From NCBI RefSeq assembly GCF_000002865.3, contig NW_001865066.1, forward strand, positions 274,005-338,004: a stretch of DNA of 64,000 nt, read 5' to 3'. Both the position numbers and the translations under genes were made by a program. Origin of the DNA: Monosiga brevicollis MX1. Its lineage: Eukaryota. Shown here piece after piece: positions 36,282-49,023 of this stretch (positions within the stretch are counted from its first letter, which is position 1; the number at the start of each line of letters is the position of its first letter). Below the pieces are notes generated by a model. It was not told the origin of the DNA. It saw only the letters and a program-made list of their open reading frames with translations, and made no database searches.

Positions 36282-36843
36282 ATGGCTTCAATCTCGTAAA
36301 AGATGGTGCTCGCGTTAGCGGGAACCAACTTGAGTCGTGCCTTTTTGTCCGTGCTTGATCGTAGTGTCAAGCCGTTGTCTGGTTGCGTTTCTTTGCCGTG
36401 CCTTGCCTCTTTTTTTGTTTGGCTGGTGATGGTTGGTGTCAGGGCTGCCGTGGTCACGTGCCATGGCTGCCCGCGCCATGATGTGTGTGGTTGTTCCTCT
36501 TTTTTTTCCCTCAACGCGATTTCCAATCCCGGACCGTCAAGGCCGCGGAGGTCGACGCTTTCTTTTGGTTAAAAAGAATAAATTGAAACTTGACAGTATT
36601 ACAACATGGCATTTAGACACGATACTCTCCAAGATGGCGCCAGCGCGTACGCCTTGATATGGTGCATCTCCATACTGCTGGGCGATGGGTGCATTGAAAG
36701 CGGCAGGCACAACAGAGGGTAGGTAATCAGAAAAAACAAACACCCCGATCCCACCCTGGGTTGATCAAACAAAAAAATTCAAGCGAGAGAAGCACCGTTT
36801 GAAAGCGAGTCGTGCAGAGATCGCGCAAAAGAAAAAGAATTAA

Positions 36844-36915
36844 CTCCCCCACGGGGAATCGAACCCCGACCTTGACGGTGAGAGCGTCACATCATAGCCA
36901 TTTGACTATGGGGGA
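36844..36915 (-). tRNA. tRNA-Glu (anticodon CTC)
   Basis: Reverse complement TCCCCCATAGTCAAATGGCTATGATGTGACGCTCTCACCGTCAAGGTCGGGGTTCGATTCCCCGTGGGGGAG: 7-bp acceptor stem, anticodon stem TGACG/CGTCA around CTCTCAC, T arm with TTCGATT, and a downstream T-run terminator. Confidence 0.97.
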
Positions 36916-37451
36916 TGAGCTTGTAAACCTATTCAAAAATACAAAATATAAATCAAGCAAATATTTTTGGACAAAAAAAGCTTTTTCTTGTGAAGAACAG
37001 AAAAGAAGTCACTATGACTCTCAAGGTGGCCAAGTGCCTCGCCGTCTGACTCGTGGGGTACAGTCATCGACAGTATGTACACGTGGACATGAAAATGGAA
37101 GAGAAGATGAGATCAGACAAGGCATGAATTGGAATCAGGGATAATTATGACACCCACAAGTGACGCACAGCGTCGCAGGGGCTTGTGGCAGCACTAGCAG
37201 CCGCAGCACGGCGTCCAAAAGAACATGATAAACAAAGATTCAGAACTCACGAGCACCCTCTCAAAACAGATATGCCCAACCCCAACATCCAGAGTTGGAT
37301 GTTCACAATAGTCGTGTACATGCAGAAGAAAGGTTGAGACAGCAAGGATTGGAGACGCGACCAGATCCCCAATCAAGCAGGCAGCCGCGTTTCGACCGAC
37401 GGGCAAGCCACAGTCAGCCACCGACCAAACATGATCACAAGACAAGGACTT

Positions 37452-38898
37452 TCAATGAGCGGGCGGGGCTGGACGGCGATCAGCTAAAATTTGCTCTCGA
37501 TAGAGCCGCGCCACCGTCTCGTAGGTATAGAAGACCAGCACGGCATTGGGAACGGAGCGCATGAGATGCGTGGACATGCCGGCATACAAGGCACGCCAGC
37601 CCTCCTCGCGACAGGTGCGGACGAGTGCGTCGAAAAAGCCACGGTAGGCGAGTTGGCCTGGCGTAGGCAACTCCCGGAGCCGTGTCCGAGCCACCTCTGG
37701 CGTTCCAAAAGCAAGAGAGCACCAGGGTGAGCAACAGCCGATTCAAAGATTCTCAAGCGTCTAAAATGGGTGAGGAGAGGCGCGCTACATCGACGCGAGA
37801 CTCACCGTGAGGATATGTCAACACACAAGCGATCGTCTTGGCGGATATGCTGCTCAGAATTAGCCGCCCATCTGTCGCACGTCAAGAGCGCAACGCGAAG
37901 AGGCGGCGGTCACCATCGGGGGATTCAAACGCGTGAGAGGCAAGCATTGGAATCGAGCTTGCTCACCGCATTGGCCGAGACAATGGAAACTGATGACAGT
38001 GCGAGCGCGCCTTACCCTTGTAGCTCGCAGACACATCGTCGGCGCCGAAGCTAGTCTTAAAGTGCTCATAGAGCGTAAACTGCAGAGCCGATTCCACCAC
38101 GCCTGCTCGGTTCAACGCGATAGGCATGAGAGACGACGACGACGGGAGAGGACAAGATGAGCCCGACCACGAGTGAGCGATACAAAACTGATGCAACATG
38201 ATATGGCCAGGGCCACACACCGGCATAGGAGGCTGTGAGACCGGTGAAGAGACCGCGCCATCCTTGTTCTTTCATGGTGATGCGCAGCACGCTTTGGACC
38301 GTGACGGGCTTGTTGACCTCGTTTTGCATGAGCTGCAGGCGGGTTTTAATCACCCAGATGGGATTGGTGGCCGAGGCCGCCACCACGCCTGCAGCCAGAC
38401 CGCTAAGCATGCGCACCCCATGCGAATCAGGGTTTCCGTTGGGGCCAGCAATCACGGGCTTGGTGGCGTTGTACACGCTAAAGTAGCAGGCGCGTGATGG
38501 TACGATGCCTACAAGGGTGGGTACAAGACCACGCCACAAGGCCCGGATACCCTCCCGATGCAGCGTCATGCGAAGCGCATTGTATGTGGCGCTGTATTGC
38601 TGCCAGCCGGTCGCTGCCCCCTGCCCACGCATGGCTGCCAGCTCTTGTTGCAGGAGCAGCCGATGCTGGCGGGACTGCATCCGTGTCTTGACCACCTGCA
38701 CCCGATGATCGAACAGAGAGGAAAGTGAGCAATCAGCAATCGATCAAGGTGAAAGGCAGACACAGGTGAGGGGGAGAGGTGGGACCAGGGGCGTACATCT
38801 AGCGGGTTGGTAATCGTGGTCCCCACGAGGGCGCCCAGCCCGCCACCGAGAAAGTGAATGTGAAACGGCAAGGGTATGTCCTCGATCGAGGGCGCCAT
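37452..38898 (-). CDS. SLC25A36: Mitochondrial pyrimidine-nucleotide carrier (RIM2/SLC25A33/36 subfamily)
   Basis: Three carrier repeats TNPLD|VVKTRMQ, TNPIWVIKTRLQL and TYPHE|VARTRLRE, with the subfamily-type motifs GIVPSRACYF, GLTASYAG and HLMRSVPN. Confidence 0.9.
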
Positions 38899-39144
38899 GT
38901 TTGATGTTTGCTGATAGTATGGCAGCTTGAGAAGGACGCTGGTTGCAGACGAATCAGAGAAAGAACTGTTAAAAAATGCCAATGCACCTGCGCCAGCAGA
39001 TTCAAAAGGCCTCAACCTTCTGCTCGAAAGCACTCCGTCCTTGACGGTTCGAGCGGCGCGTAAACAGACTGGCGCGCTTGGGCCTGCCACACACCCAGCA
39101 CACCCACACCCACACCCACGCACAAAGATGCGACTGTCAAGCCA

Positions 39145-39286
39145 CTACTCGGCTGTTGAGTTGCTCACACTCGCGTCTTTGCGCCACGTGTGGCTGCGCG
39201 TGCAGTGCAGCCCACAGCCGTCAGCGCCAAGTCATCAACCCGCCCAAAATGACAACAACAAAAAAAAAAGAGAAAAATGTCACACA

Positions 39287-39327
<41 letters not shown>

Positions 39328-39887
39328 TCGGCCTTTGACGTTCTGGCCGCAAGTCTGGGCAGGGGGGGTGTGTCCGTGTCCGGGCTCGTTGAAAGCAACA
39401 TGGGATGCAGCAAAGGCATTTTCAGGGCAAGGAAGAGTATTCGCCCGCTCCGTCGCCATCGACTTGCTGCTGCCACTGCTGTCGTCGCTGCCCCAGGCCC
39501 ATGGTTGATCACCACATGCGCGCCCTTTGACAGAGGGAACACGTGCTTTCTTCGGCCTTTGAGCCAGATCTGCATCTTCTTCAGTTTCGTCGACGTTTTC
39601 TCTGGTTGTCTCACAAGCTTCTTCGCCTTTTATGGGCCCTCTAATCAACATGTTCCTCACTCTTTGCCCCTGCTTTTGTTGCTTGCGTGAAAGTACCGAC
39701 AGGTTGCAGCATGTTGAGCGAAAATGTCAGATTTGCAAGATCGCAGCAACGTGGTGCTGCTTCCACAGTCGCAACGTGCCGGGCAGAGTCGGGCGGTGGA
39801 GGGGATCAAAGTGAGGGATCGCCGGGGGTGAGTGAAAGGACGAGCATGCACGGATACGGGAGTCGCACAATTGTCACAATGTGGCAT
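39145..39887 (-). CDS. Possible small hypothetical protein with N-terminal Cys/His motif
   Basis: MPHCDNC...DIFAQHAATC joins in phase (CG|gtactt ... ttag|A) to GPIKGEEACETTRENVDETEEDADLAQRPKKARV; exon structure otherwise uncertain. Confidence 0.3.
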
Positions 39888-40108
39888 GAATTGCTCGATC
39901 GAGAGGCAATGGCCCCTGACACAACAGTCCACTCGAAGCCCCACTCAAAATCACGGGTGGGGGAGAAGGGGCGAAGACCGATTCGCAAGGAGCTCGGGCA
40001 GCGCGCCCCTGCTCTCTTCTGCTCTTTCTTTTTGATTCTTTCCTTTCGCCTTTTTTTCATTCCAGTGCTTTTGTTGCACGCTGCAACCACTGACGATGAC
40101 ACGGTTGG

Positions 40109-42298
40109 CTACCAGCCAAGTACATAGTCGCGAAGCGATTTCATGTAGGAGGAAGGCTGAGGGGTGGCCGGAACGGGCCCAGACGTCTGACCTTGGGGCT
40201 CAAACCCTGCCCCAGCCGTAACACGACTCTGCCGCATCCATACGCATACAATAGATAAGATGACAAAGACCAAGACTCCAGGCCACTACTGATGTTGTGT
40301 GGCCCATGGCTCGAAAGGTGTACACACAGCACTGCACCTACCCGAGCGCTGAGATCTCGAATCGGCGTCTTGCGCACAGGCGTGCTGAGAACACCCATCT
40401 CCGTACGGCTCCGCGACTGTCAGTCAACAAGAGCGGAATGAGTGATCGGCACAACAGGTTCCGAAAAGATAAACGCCAGCTTGCGCACATCCACCACCAC
40501 GTACCTCCACCGCGTTGCGCAAAAATTCTTCATCCAGGCAAGGCTGAACACCAACCATCAGCCTCGCAGACAGGACCATCCCGTGCTTGCTCAACGCCTA
40601 GCCCCGGCAGCACACACCAGCGTCCACCCAAACACATATGAATCAGACCACCTCTGTACAGCACCAGGCGTGCGCTAATTTGCCCCATGTGCTTGACCGA
40701 CGTACTCGCTGAGCCGACAACTGATCATCAAACTGCACGTGTAGCCAGTTGCAGTTGGTCTTGGTCTCCCGGCGCAGAATGCGACCGCAACGCTCAAACT
40801 CCGTCATGACCAAATCCAGATCCGCAAGCCCAAAGCCGAAGATGGTCACGCACGCCAGCTGGTGCCGCCCGTCTGGGAGCCGGCCCTCAAGCGCGGCTTC
40901 ATCTGTTTCCAGCCGCTGCCATCGCCGCGGCGTTTTGCCCCGCACCGGTGTGCGCGCGACGCTTACCATGGACTGATCATGTCCGACCTGCCATGCCACC
41001 CACCCCGCCCAAGTGTACGCGCCATGACGAGCCAGGCACTCCGTGAGCATCACGTATGGCACAGCAGTGATAGGGCTTGCAGCAATTCACGTACCATGCT
41101 GGTGTTGGCCAGTTGTTGCGTTGTCGCCACCACGCTCACTGTGTCTACAGAGACCGACCCGCCCAGCAATAATGGGAGATGAGTACAATTAAAAAAAAAA
41201 TCCGTAAAAAGGAAAGCACCAGAGCCAAGATCGAGCGTCACAGCTCAGCAGCAACTGGCGCAAGGTGAGCGTGCGCCCTCTCCTGAGCTCTGACCTTCGC
41301 GTCGTGAAACCTCGTCAAACAGGTCTATTTGCAACCACAGCCACCGCACGCGCAAGATGAGGTCTGATGGGTGACCGACAAGCACAGCGCGAGGCACCCG
41401 AGACTGATACGCACCAGCAATGGGTGGGTCGGTGGCAGCCAGAACAGCGGCTGGACGCGGACCTTGATGGCCACTCCTACATTGATTTTGTTCCAATCCG
41501 GCCATGAGAAGGCCTCGCGTGCAGACCATGAACATCACGTGCTGAGCCCAGATGTGTGCGGCTGACGACGCACGTACCGCTCAGAACCGGCTGCAAAACT
41601 GGTACGAGCCAACGACGGCGAGGCTGCCGTCGGCAGCAATTTACTTGAATTTGTCTACGACACAGACACGGCAGTGTCACCCCTGTGAGGCTTGCCGTTT
41701 GTTGTTGGCGTGGCTACCCATGCCGTCTGTTGCTTGCAAGACTGTGAGCTCTGCCTTTCGTACCGCACTAGGTTCGCGGCGCTGGAGCAGGATGTTCTGG
41801 ATCCGATCTGGTGTGGATACGTCTGTGGTACTGCTTCGGTGCCGATGGACCGCGCTGGATGGCGCACCAGCCCCAGGCGTCCCGGCGGCTGTGCCCCGCT
41901 GTCCTAGCGGTGGGCTTGCGGGTGGGACTGCAGACGGACCTGTGCAACAACATCCCAACAGTGAGAGACGCGCAGGGCATGGAGCAGGATGCTGGTCAAG
42001 ACTTTGCATGTGTAAACCCGGAATATGTCTGCGGTTCCGCACACAGACCCAGAGGCTCTTACCGCGCGACATGCCAAAGTTGAGGCCCCCGACAGGGGGC
42101 TTGACATGTTGATACCCTGCCAGTCGTCGAGTCGATGACGTGAGCGCCGAGCACGTAATCAGAGCCACGAGGTAACCCTCGCTCCTTCACACCGATACCT
42201 CATCACCCTGCACTGGATGCCCCATGCTGCTTCCCCTCCAAGGTTCCATGTTCCTTACCATTCCCGCTGCCACTGCCACCGCCGTACGCTGCCATCAT
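40109..42298 (-). CDS. NUP35: Nucleoporin Nup35/Nup53
   Basis: RRM CVTIFGFGLADLDLVMTEFERCGRIL...NWLHVQFDDQLSAQR|ALSKHGMVLSARLMVGVQPC; C-terminal amphipathic helix YMKSLRDYVLGW*; disordered N-terminal half. Confidence 0.9.
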
Positions 42299-42921
42299 GA
42301 GCGTTTGCGCACGCGTGTGTGAGAGAGAGAGAGAGAGAGAATTTCGAAAAATTCGTTGCTTAAAGTGTGACATTTGTCATGCTTTTGGGTCTGACGGAAG
42401 AGTTTGTTCAGTTTCTCGCCGAATTTTAACCGAATTTTGGCCGAATTTTGCGACGACAGGTGGCACTCGAGGCTGTTGCTCGTGCTGCAGGTGCCCGTCT
42501 GCGGTGTTCATGCGTTGTCGTAGTGCCTTGCCTCGTGTGTGAGTTCAGAGGCGTGACACTATACTATTTGTGCTCGGGTTGCCTCTGCACCCCAGCATCA
42601 AGTGCCGATACCCAATATTGTAGTGCCTAGAAATAGGAGGCTTGTGAGTGCTTCGCATCTCTCGTCGATTGACTGACACGAAGGGATAAACAGGGCCAAG
42701 AGACTACGGAGAATATGAGCCTAGAATGCGGCACCAATCAAATCATGACATGCCAACAAGCGTTCCTCAAGCCAACGCCACGAACGGCACATCGATCACA
42801 TGGCGTATGGGCGTCAGCCAACTCTTCACAAACACGATAACACAAAATCAAATTTCACACGCCGATGCAGCAAAGCACTGCAAACAAGTTCGATCACGCA
42901 AGGCGCCCTTGGTGGAAGAGC

Positions 42922-45900
42922 TCAAAAATGAACCACGACGGCCGTCACATCATCAATGTAGCCGCCACCTTCCTGCATCCACATGCGCCGCGCAGCCTTG
43001 ACAATAGCTTGCGCAGCATCCTGCGACGAGGCGCTACGTGCTACCAGTTGTACAATCTATACCAGGCACATGCAGGACGTAGTAGGTACTGTGAGGCCAA
43101 CACCAAGCGCCCGAACACACACATTACGAAATCGGCACCCTCCTGGTACTTGGCCAAAAACAATATCACCTGGGCATTGGACAGATGATCAAAAACGCCA
43201 TCCGAGCCCAAAACGATAAAGTGGTCCTGCGAGTCAAGCGTCTTCTCAAGTTTCCGATCCAGCCCGAGTGGCACATCACTGGTAAGCGGATGCTGATATG
43301 CGATATGGCGAGCGATGCTGCTTCTTGTCCAAAGCCCCGGTCCCCGGCCCAGATACTGCCTGCCTGCCTGCCTGCCCACCCAGTTCATCCAAGATGCGTG
43401 CCCCCTTTTTTGTTTGCCGTACGTGAATTTGGAGCTCCGGTTCAGCCACAACGCCAGCCTCAAAGAGGTGAAAGTCACCCACGCTCCTGGATAAAGCCAG
43501 ACCACCCTCCTACAGCACCACAGCAATAATGCACAAACACAGGTGAGGCTTCCTGGCCACCAGACACGGGCGAGAGGGGCGAAATAGAAGCGAAGCAGGG
43601 TGTCGCACCTGTTGACGTCGGCGCCAAACACGCGCCGGTCCTTGAAAGCCCCAGCCACGGACGCGGGTCGGCTCCACGTATCCGCCTGCACGCTGAATGC
43701 GCTGGCGCTCACCAGGGTCGCTGGGCTTGTGATCCCGTGACAGTGGGATGGGTTGATAGCGGGAGCCACCCAAACACCGGCCCAATACACAGCGCGAGTC
43801 ACCCACATTGGCAACGATGAGCTGTCGACCATCGGGGGTTCGGGCGCACACCACAGCAGTGGTGCCCGACTCTCGCGCATCGATGGTAGACTTGCGTAAT
43901 TTGGCAGCCGTGGACACGATGCCGTTGACCAAGGCCTCAGACAACGCCTGATTCTGGCGATAGCTCTCTAAAATCTCGACACCCAGAGTGCTTTCTGCAA
44001 AACCTGAGACCTTGCGTCCGTTCACACCGTGGCCATCCATGACGGCTGCCAAAAAGGGCTACAAAGAGAAGCGGCAGGTCTGGTGAGGGCAGGCAAAGGT
44101 CCAAGGGCTGCCCCCCCAAATTGAATATAGCCAGCAAGCCAAAACCCGGTCCCACCAGAGCAGAGCTGCCTTCGTAGACAAGAAAGCCATCTTGATTTTC
44201 CTTGGGATTCCCAGCATATCCACCTCCCATCGAGTAGGCCCCATATTCTGGTACTTGGATCGTGGGAGACGTCGACGGAGCTTCTGGAGTAGGAGTGGCT
44301 GGAACAGGCGTTAAGCCTTCCATATCTGCCCCAAGAGAGTACAAGCATAGTGCCAGTGTTACCATACAAGCAAAGAAAAAACAACGACAATAACAACAAC
44401 AACCAAAACACAAGGACACCGCGCTCCGCCACGTTGCGCCAGACCAGCTCCAAACGAACCAAAAGCGTAACCCTTGCTATCACGTCGGTTGATGGGCAGA
44501 TCCTCCCCCTCCTGAGAAATACAAAAAAGAGCGCCAAAGAGGTAGCAACAGAGGGCACAGTCAAGTCATGAAGCGATGTGGCAACAGGGGATATAGGGTG
44601 GTGATTGTGCATACAAAACGGCTGACCTCGAGCAAGGCCGGCGAGCTGAAGCGCCGGGTGAGAGAACTTCGTCGATTGCGAGGCTCAGTAGGAATGGTGG
44701 GTACCAGACCATCAGGCTGCAGTGGTCCCACTATTACAGAGCTCGGTGGGGTCTGGCGCGAGGCAAGCACATCCTCTTCAACCACACGCAGTGACGGTGT
44801 GCCACGGCCCGGGACCGAGTCCAGACGAGGTGGACTCTCGCGTCTATCCAAGCCACTCAAAGATGGTTCCTGCAAAGCGAGCCCCAAGCAAGGCCACAAA
44901 TAGTATCAGTGAGTCGAGCACCGTCGCGGCTGACGCGAGATCTTGTGGAGCCAAGGCATTGACCTGATTAAGGGTGGGAGACATCATGTGTTGACGGCGA
45001 ATGTTGTATCCGGCAGGTGTGACGGAGCGACGGTTTTCGGGGGGTCGTGGCGATCGTGGCGTTAAAGTAGAGGGCTCGGCAGTTGGAGGCACGCCTTGAC
45101 CATCACCCGGCAAGTTCCAGGCAAAGGGGCCGCGGGATGTCGGTCGAGCCGACTGTTGTGAGGCAGGCCGTGGGCGAGTGTGTGGGTCTCGGGAGTTGCG
45201 GGCTGGGCTCGCGCTAATGGCAAGACCGGCACCGGGGGAATTGAGGCGGCGTTGCGTTTCCGAGTCGGGGGGTGCTTCACCAGTCTGAGCAAAAAGAGGC
45301 AAAAGCCGGCCACTGGGTGGACGCTGGCGCATGCTCTGCGAGCGAAGGCGAGCGCTGCGTGCAATGCGAGTATCTGCGGCGTGTCGCTCCAAATTGGCTT
45401 CGGCTACGGCGCTGGCAGGGGTAGGTCCGGGGCTTGGGCTGCCGGGTGGCGGACTGGCGCGCAAAGCAGCCCGGGCAGCAGCGGCGGCGGCAGCGGTGGT
45501 GGAGGTCGCGGGAGCAGGTCCACCACCGTTCTTAGCAGGGGGTGAAGGAACGAGGCCAGCCTGAGTGGCGCCAGAGGCACCCGTGGCAGTACCCGTCCAA
45601 CGTTGCACCGGAGACACCGGCTCGGAGTAGGAAAGACTCGACACAGGTGAAGCTAACAAAGGGTCTCGGGTCGGGGCCTGGCCATGTAGGGTATGGACCG
45701 TTTCCATAATTACTGGCTGTGGTGTCGAGCGCACTGATTGGCTAATTCGAGGACCCGCACCATGGCCACGAATGGCCAAAGAGGGCTTGGTAGCCCCACT
45801 TCCGTTCTCTGAACCAAGAAGACCAATGGGGGAGCTGGCGGAGAGCGGGGATGCCCCAAGCCCCACAGATTGGAGTGGGAGAGATTGCATGCTCAGTTGT

Positions 45901-45959
45901 TGTCGAGGCATGACGTTCGACATGCCTGAATCGCGCTGCCACTGTGAATGGCGTGCCAT
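42922..45959 (-). CDS. PP2C/PPM-family Ser/Thr phosphatase with long disordered N-terminus
   Basis: ENQDGF, VMDGHG, SGTTAVV, ANVGDSRCVL, LSRDHKP, LALSRSVGD, LGSDGVFDHLSN and IDDVTAVVVHF*. Preceded by a Pro/Ser-rich region of over 400 aa; start approximate. Confidence 0.92.
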
Positions 45960-46616
45960 GTTGCCAAATGCTGTGTAGCACGACCAAGCAATCTGGTTGA
46001 TGTGAACCAATCAGAAGCCCTTTCGGCACTCCCGCGAGAGAAGAGACGAGTCGATACTTCAAGAGCCTCGTTGACACGTCGGATTAGCTTGACAAAGGAC
46101 GTGCCTCCATGCTGCGATTCCCAACAAGCCTTGTGTCAGCCAAAAGCGCGCGCGCGCGCGCGTGTGTGTGCGCGAGTGTGCGTGTGTGTGCCGCGTACAA
46201 AGCGTTGACACGAGCAGGCTGTTGCATGCCACAGCAACGGGCAGCGAGCTGGGCACATCAGCGTACCTCGTTGCGCGCTGTTTGTGTGGCTCAGCAAGAC
46301 CTGTAATAATGGCACAGAGAGCTCAGTGAGTGCGTACTGTTGGCAGCAACTACGCAGATCAAGCTGGCTGCACGTACATGCACAGGAGTGAGACGGGGAG
46401 CGAGCGAGCGCGCGGGGCTGCCGTTTGTCTCTCACCAACACACGCAGACACAGACACAGACAGACACACACAAGAAAAATCATGCTCAGACGTGTGGTAC
46501 TTTTACGTTATATTGCCTTGATCAAATGTGTACACGTGTGATACTGAGATTGATGCACCCCATGCTCTCTCTCTCTCTCTCTTACATTTTGTTATGGTTG
46601 TTAAGGCTTGAAGAGA

Positions 46617-46627
46617 TGTGTGTGTGT

Positions 46628-46671
<44 letters not shown>
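46617..46671 (+). repeat. (TG)n microsatellite
   Basis: Nearly pure TG run; similar runs at 28321-28360, 39282-39326 and 48558-48603. Confidence 0.95.
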
Positions 46672-46673
<2 letters not shown>

Positions 46674-47135
46674 AACGGCTGCTATGGGGGCTATCTCGCT
46701 GGAACGGCAGCTATGAGGGAGGGAGCTACTTGCACTCGCTTGCTGTGTTTATTTTTTTATTCTACATTGGATGTACACGGGTGTATATTTCCGGTTTATG
46801 CCGTTGCGCTTTGGGGTGGATAGAGAGAGGGTTGATTTGATTTTCTTCTGCTAAGGGAATGCTTTTGTGTGTGTTTCTCGATGGCCTGAGATTACGAGCT
46901 GTATTTGGATGGCGCGTTGAGCTGGAAGCACGAGTTCAGAGAGTCTGGGTCTGGGGTCTGAATTCGGAAAAGGGGCGGGATAGAGCCAGCAGGTGAGTGC
47001 AACTCGTTGACTGAGAAAAGGTCATGCTGGCTCGAAAAGATACACTGTCATTGTCATCGGATACAACACACATACGTATGCAGACATCTACACTCAAATC
47101 ACACACTGCGCAGGACAACAAACAAGGAAGGAACA

Positions 47136-48443
47136 TCAGCGAAGCTCGTCGACGTTAGAGAGTTTGGCAATCTCGCTCAAAATGCGCTTGCGGTGCAACG
47201 AGTTGTCAATGCCCATGTCAATCAAGTCTTGATCGGTCAGAGCCAACAAGACCGAGCCATCAATCGCGTGGCTTAGGAATCCTTTGGCATACAGGCGAAA
47301 CTGTGGATGAATGCGTTCCACCCAGGACTTGACCTGATCCTCCGTCCAGGACGCGGCAGCTGGTTTACGTCTTACGCTGCTTGCAAAAGGGGCTCGAGTC
47401 GCCGGGTGTGCTGCTTTACCATCACGAATGGAGGGCGAGGGCAGACTGCGTGGCCACTTAACCTTCAGTTTCCGGCGCTGGGCGCTATATTGGGCCACGA
47501 GGGCTTGAAGTTGAGCCACGCCCGTCGCTGTGAGCGGATTCTCATCCAAGTCCAATTCACGCAAGTAAGGTTGATGGGTCGGGGCCAAAATCGGCAACGC
47601 CTTTTGTAGTGCCTCATCCGTCACGGCATTATGATCCAGCTCCAGCTCCCGCACCTAATTTGATCCAAACGAGAAAGCCACAAACCAACCCAGTAAAACG
47701 TGAGATGCGCGAGGCCACGGTGTTTAAAATGGGCGTTGACTCTGGATTTGGGGTCCATGAGCACCAGCGAGTCACGGCTAGACACTGGGTCCCTTCAAGA
47801 TACGAACAAGTGGACACGACTGACCGTGGTGCTCGATAAAGCTTCAATCAGGGCCTCAAAGCCCGACGCAGCAATGGCATTCCACGACAAATCCAGCTCG
47901 TGCAACGAGGTGGGCAAGGCAGCGGCCAAAGCAGTTACACCCACATCACCAATGGCATTGTGGCCCAAGTTGAGTGCTCGTAGCGCCGAGGTCTTGGCAA
48001 GAAAAGATGCCACAATGTCTGCCCCCTCGTCGCCCAGCTGCAAGTTCGTCAGCTCGAGACTGTACAGGTCTGTTGGGCGGTCGACGAGCGCCTCTATCAA
48101 AGCCTCTGTCATGGCCTCATCAAAGGGGATGTCGTTCAATTCTAGCTTGCGCACACCTGCATTGGCGCGCAGCGCGGCCACAAAACTGATAAACGTCTCC
48201 GAGTCGGCACTCACAGGCGCTGCGCGCTTCAGCTCCAGCTCATTGCATCTATGTTCGCCGCAAGCGCACGGCCTCACGTCAATCACCACACGCGGTACAG
48301 ACAATGCAAGCAAGCAGACGTCAATCCCACCGAGTCGCCAAAATGCGCTGCGCAGCCTCCCACGTCCGAGCTTCACAGTCACTCCATGCCACCACTCCGC
48401 CAACCACCAAGCAGCTCATAACGAGAACCCCGCGCCACCACAT
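47136..48443 (-). CDS. Signal-peptide protein with RI-type leucine-rich repeats and a C-terminal SAM domain
   Basis: Exons 48443-48331, 48248-47825 and 47654-47136 join in phase. MWWRGVLVMSCLVVGGVVA is signal-like; LRRs LRALNLGHNAIGDVGVTALA, LHELDLSWNAIAASG and LRELDLDENPLT; SAM WTEDQVKSWVERI...YAKGFLSHAIDGSVLLALTDQDLIDMGIDNSLHRKRILSEI; ends NVDELR*. Confidence 0.85.
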
Positions 48444-48555
48444 GCTTCCGGTCCCTCCCACGAGCAATGATTAAAAATTATTTTTGTGAAAAAAGAGAGA
48501 GAGATTTAGAGAGAGAGAGAGAGAGAGGCTTTTGATGAGAGATGTTGCGAGAACA

Positions 48556-48605
<50 letters not shown>

Positions 48606-49023
48606 CTTGCCACGGGCTGTGTTGCGTGCCAGTGCCTGGCTTTTAGCTCTGTGATTTAGGAATACAGCTTGCTTGCGGCTGTGAGGGGCACGCGCGATTA
48701 TTGGTACTGCTAACATTAAGCAAGGTCGTATGGGAGATGCTGAGCCTTGAAGCGTTTCAGGATGATAAGAATGAATAAGAATGAATTACAAAATGGATAT
48801 CCGAGTTCGTTCAGGGAACAGAAAAAAAAAAAAAAAGGATGTGCGGACAATGGGAGCAGGCCCGAGCGGGAATTCACCCCCAAAAAAACATGACGTGGGA
48901 TGGAAACTTGGCTTGGCACCAACCCGAGTCATGTCAATAATGGATGGCCAAAATCTGAAAAGTGAAAGCGCGATGTAGCAACACGAAATGACTGGCAGCT
49001 CTTATCACGCGTCGCTGGGATCC

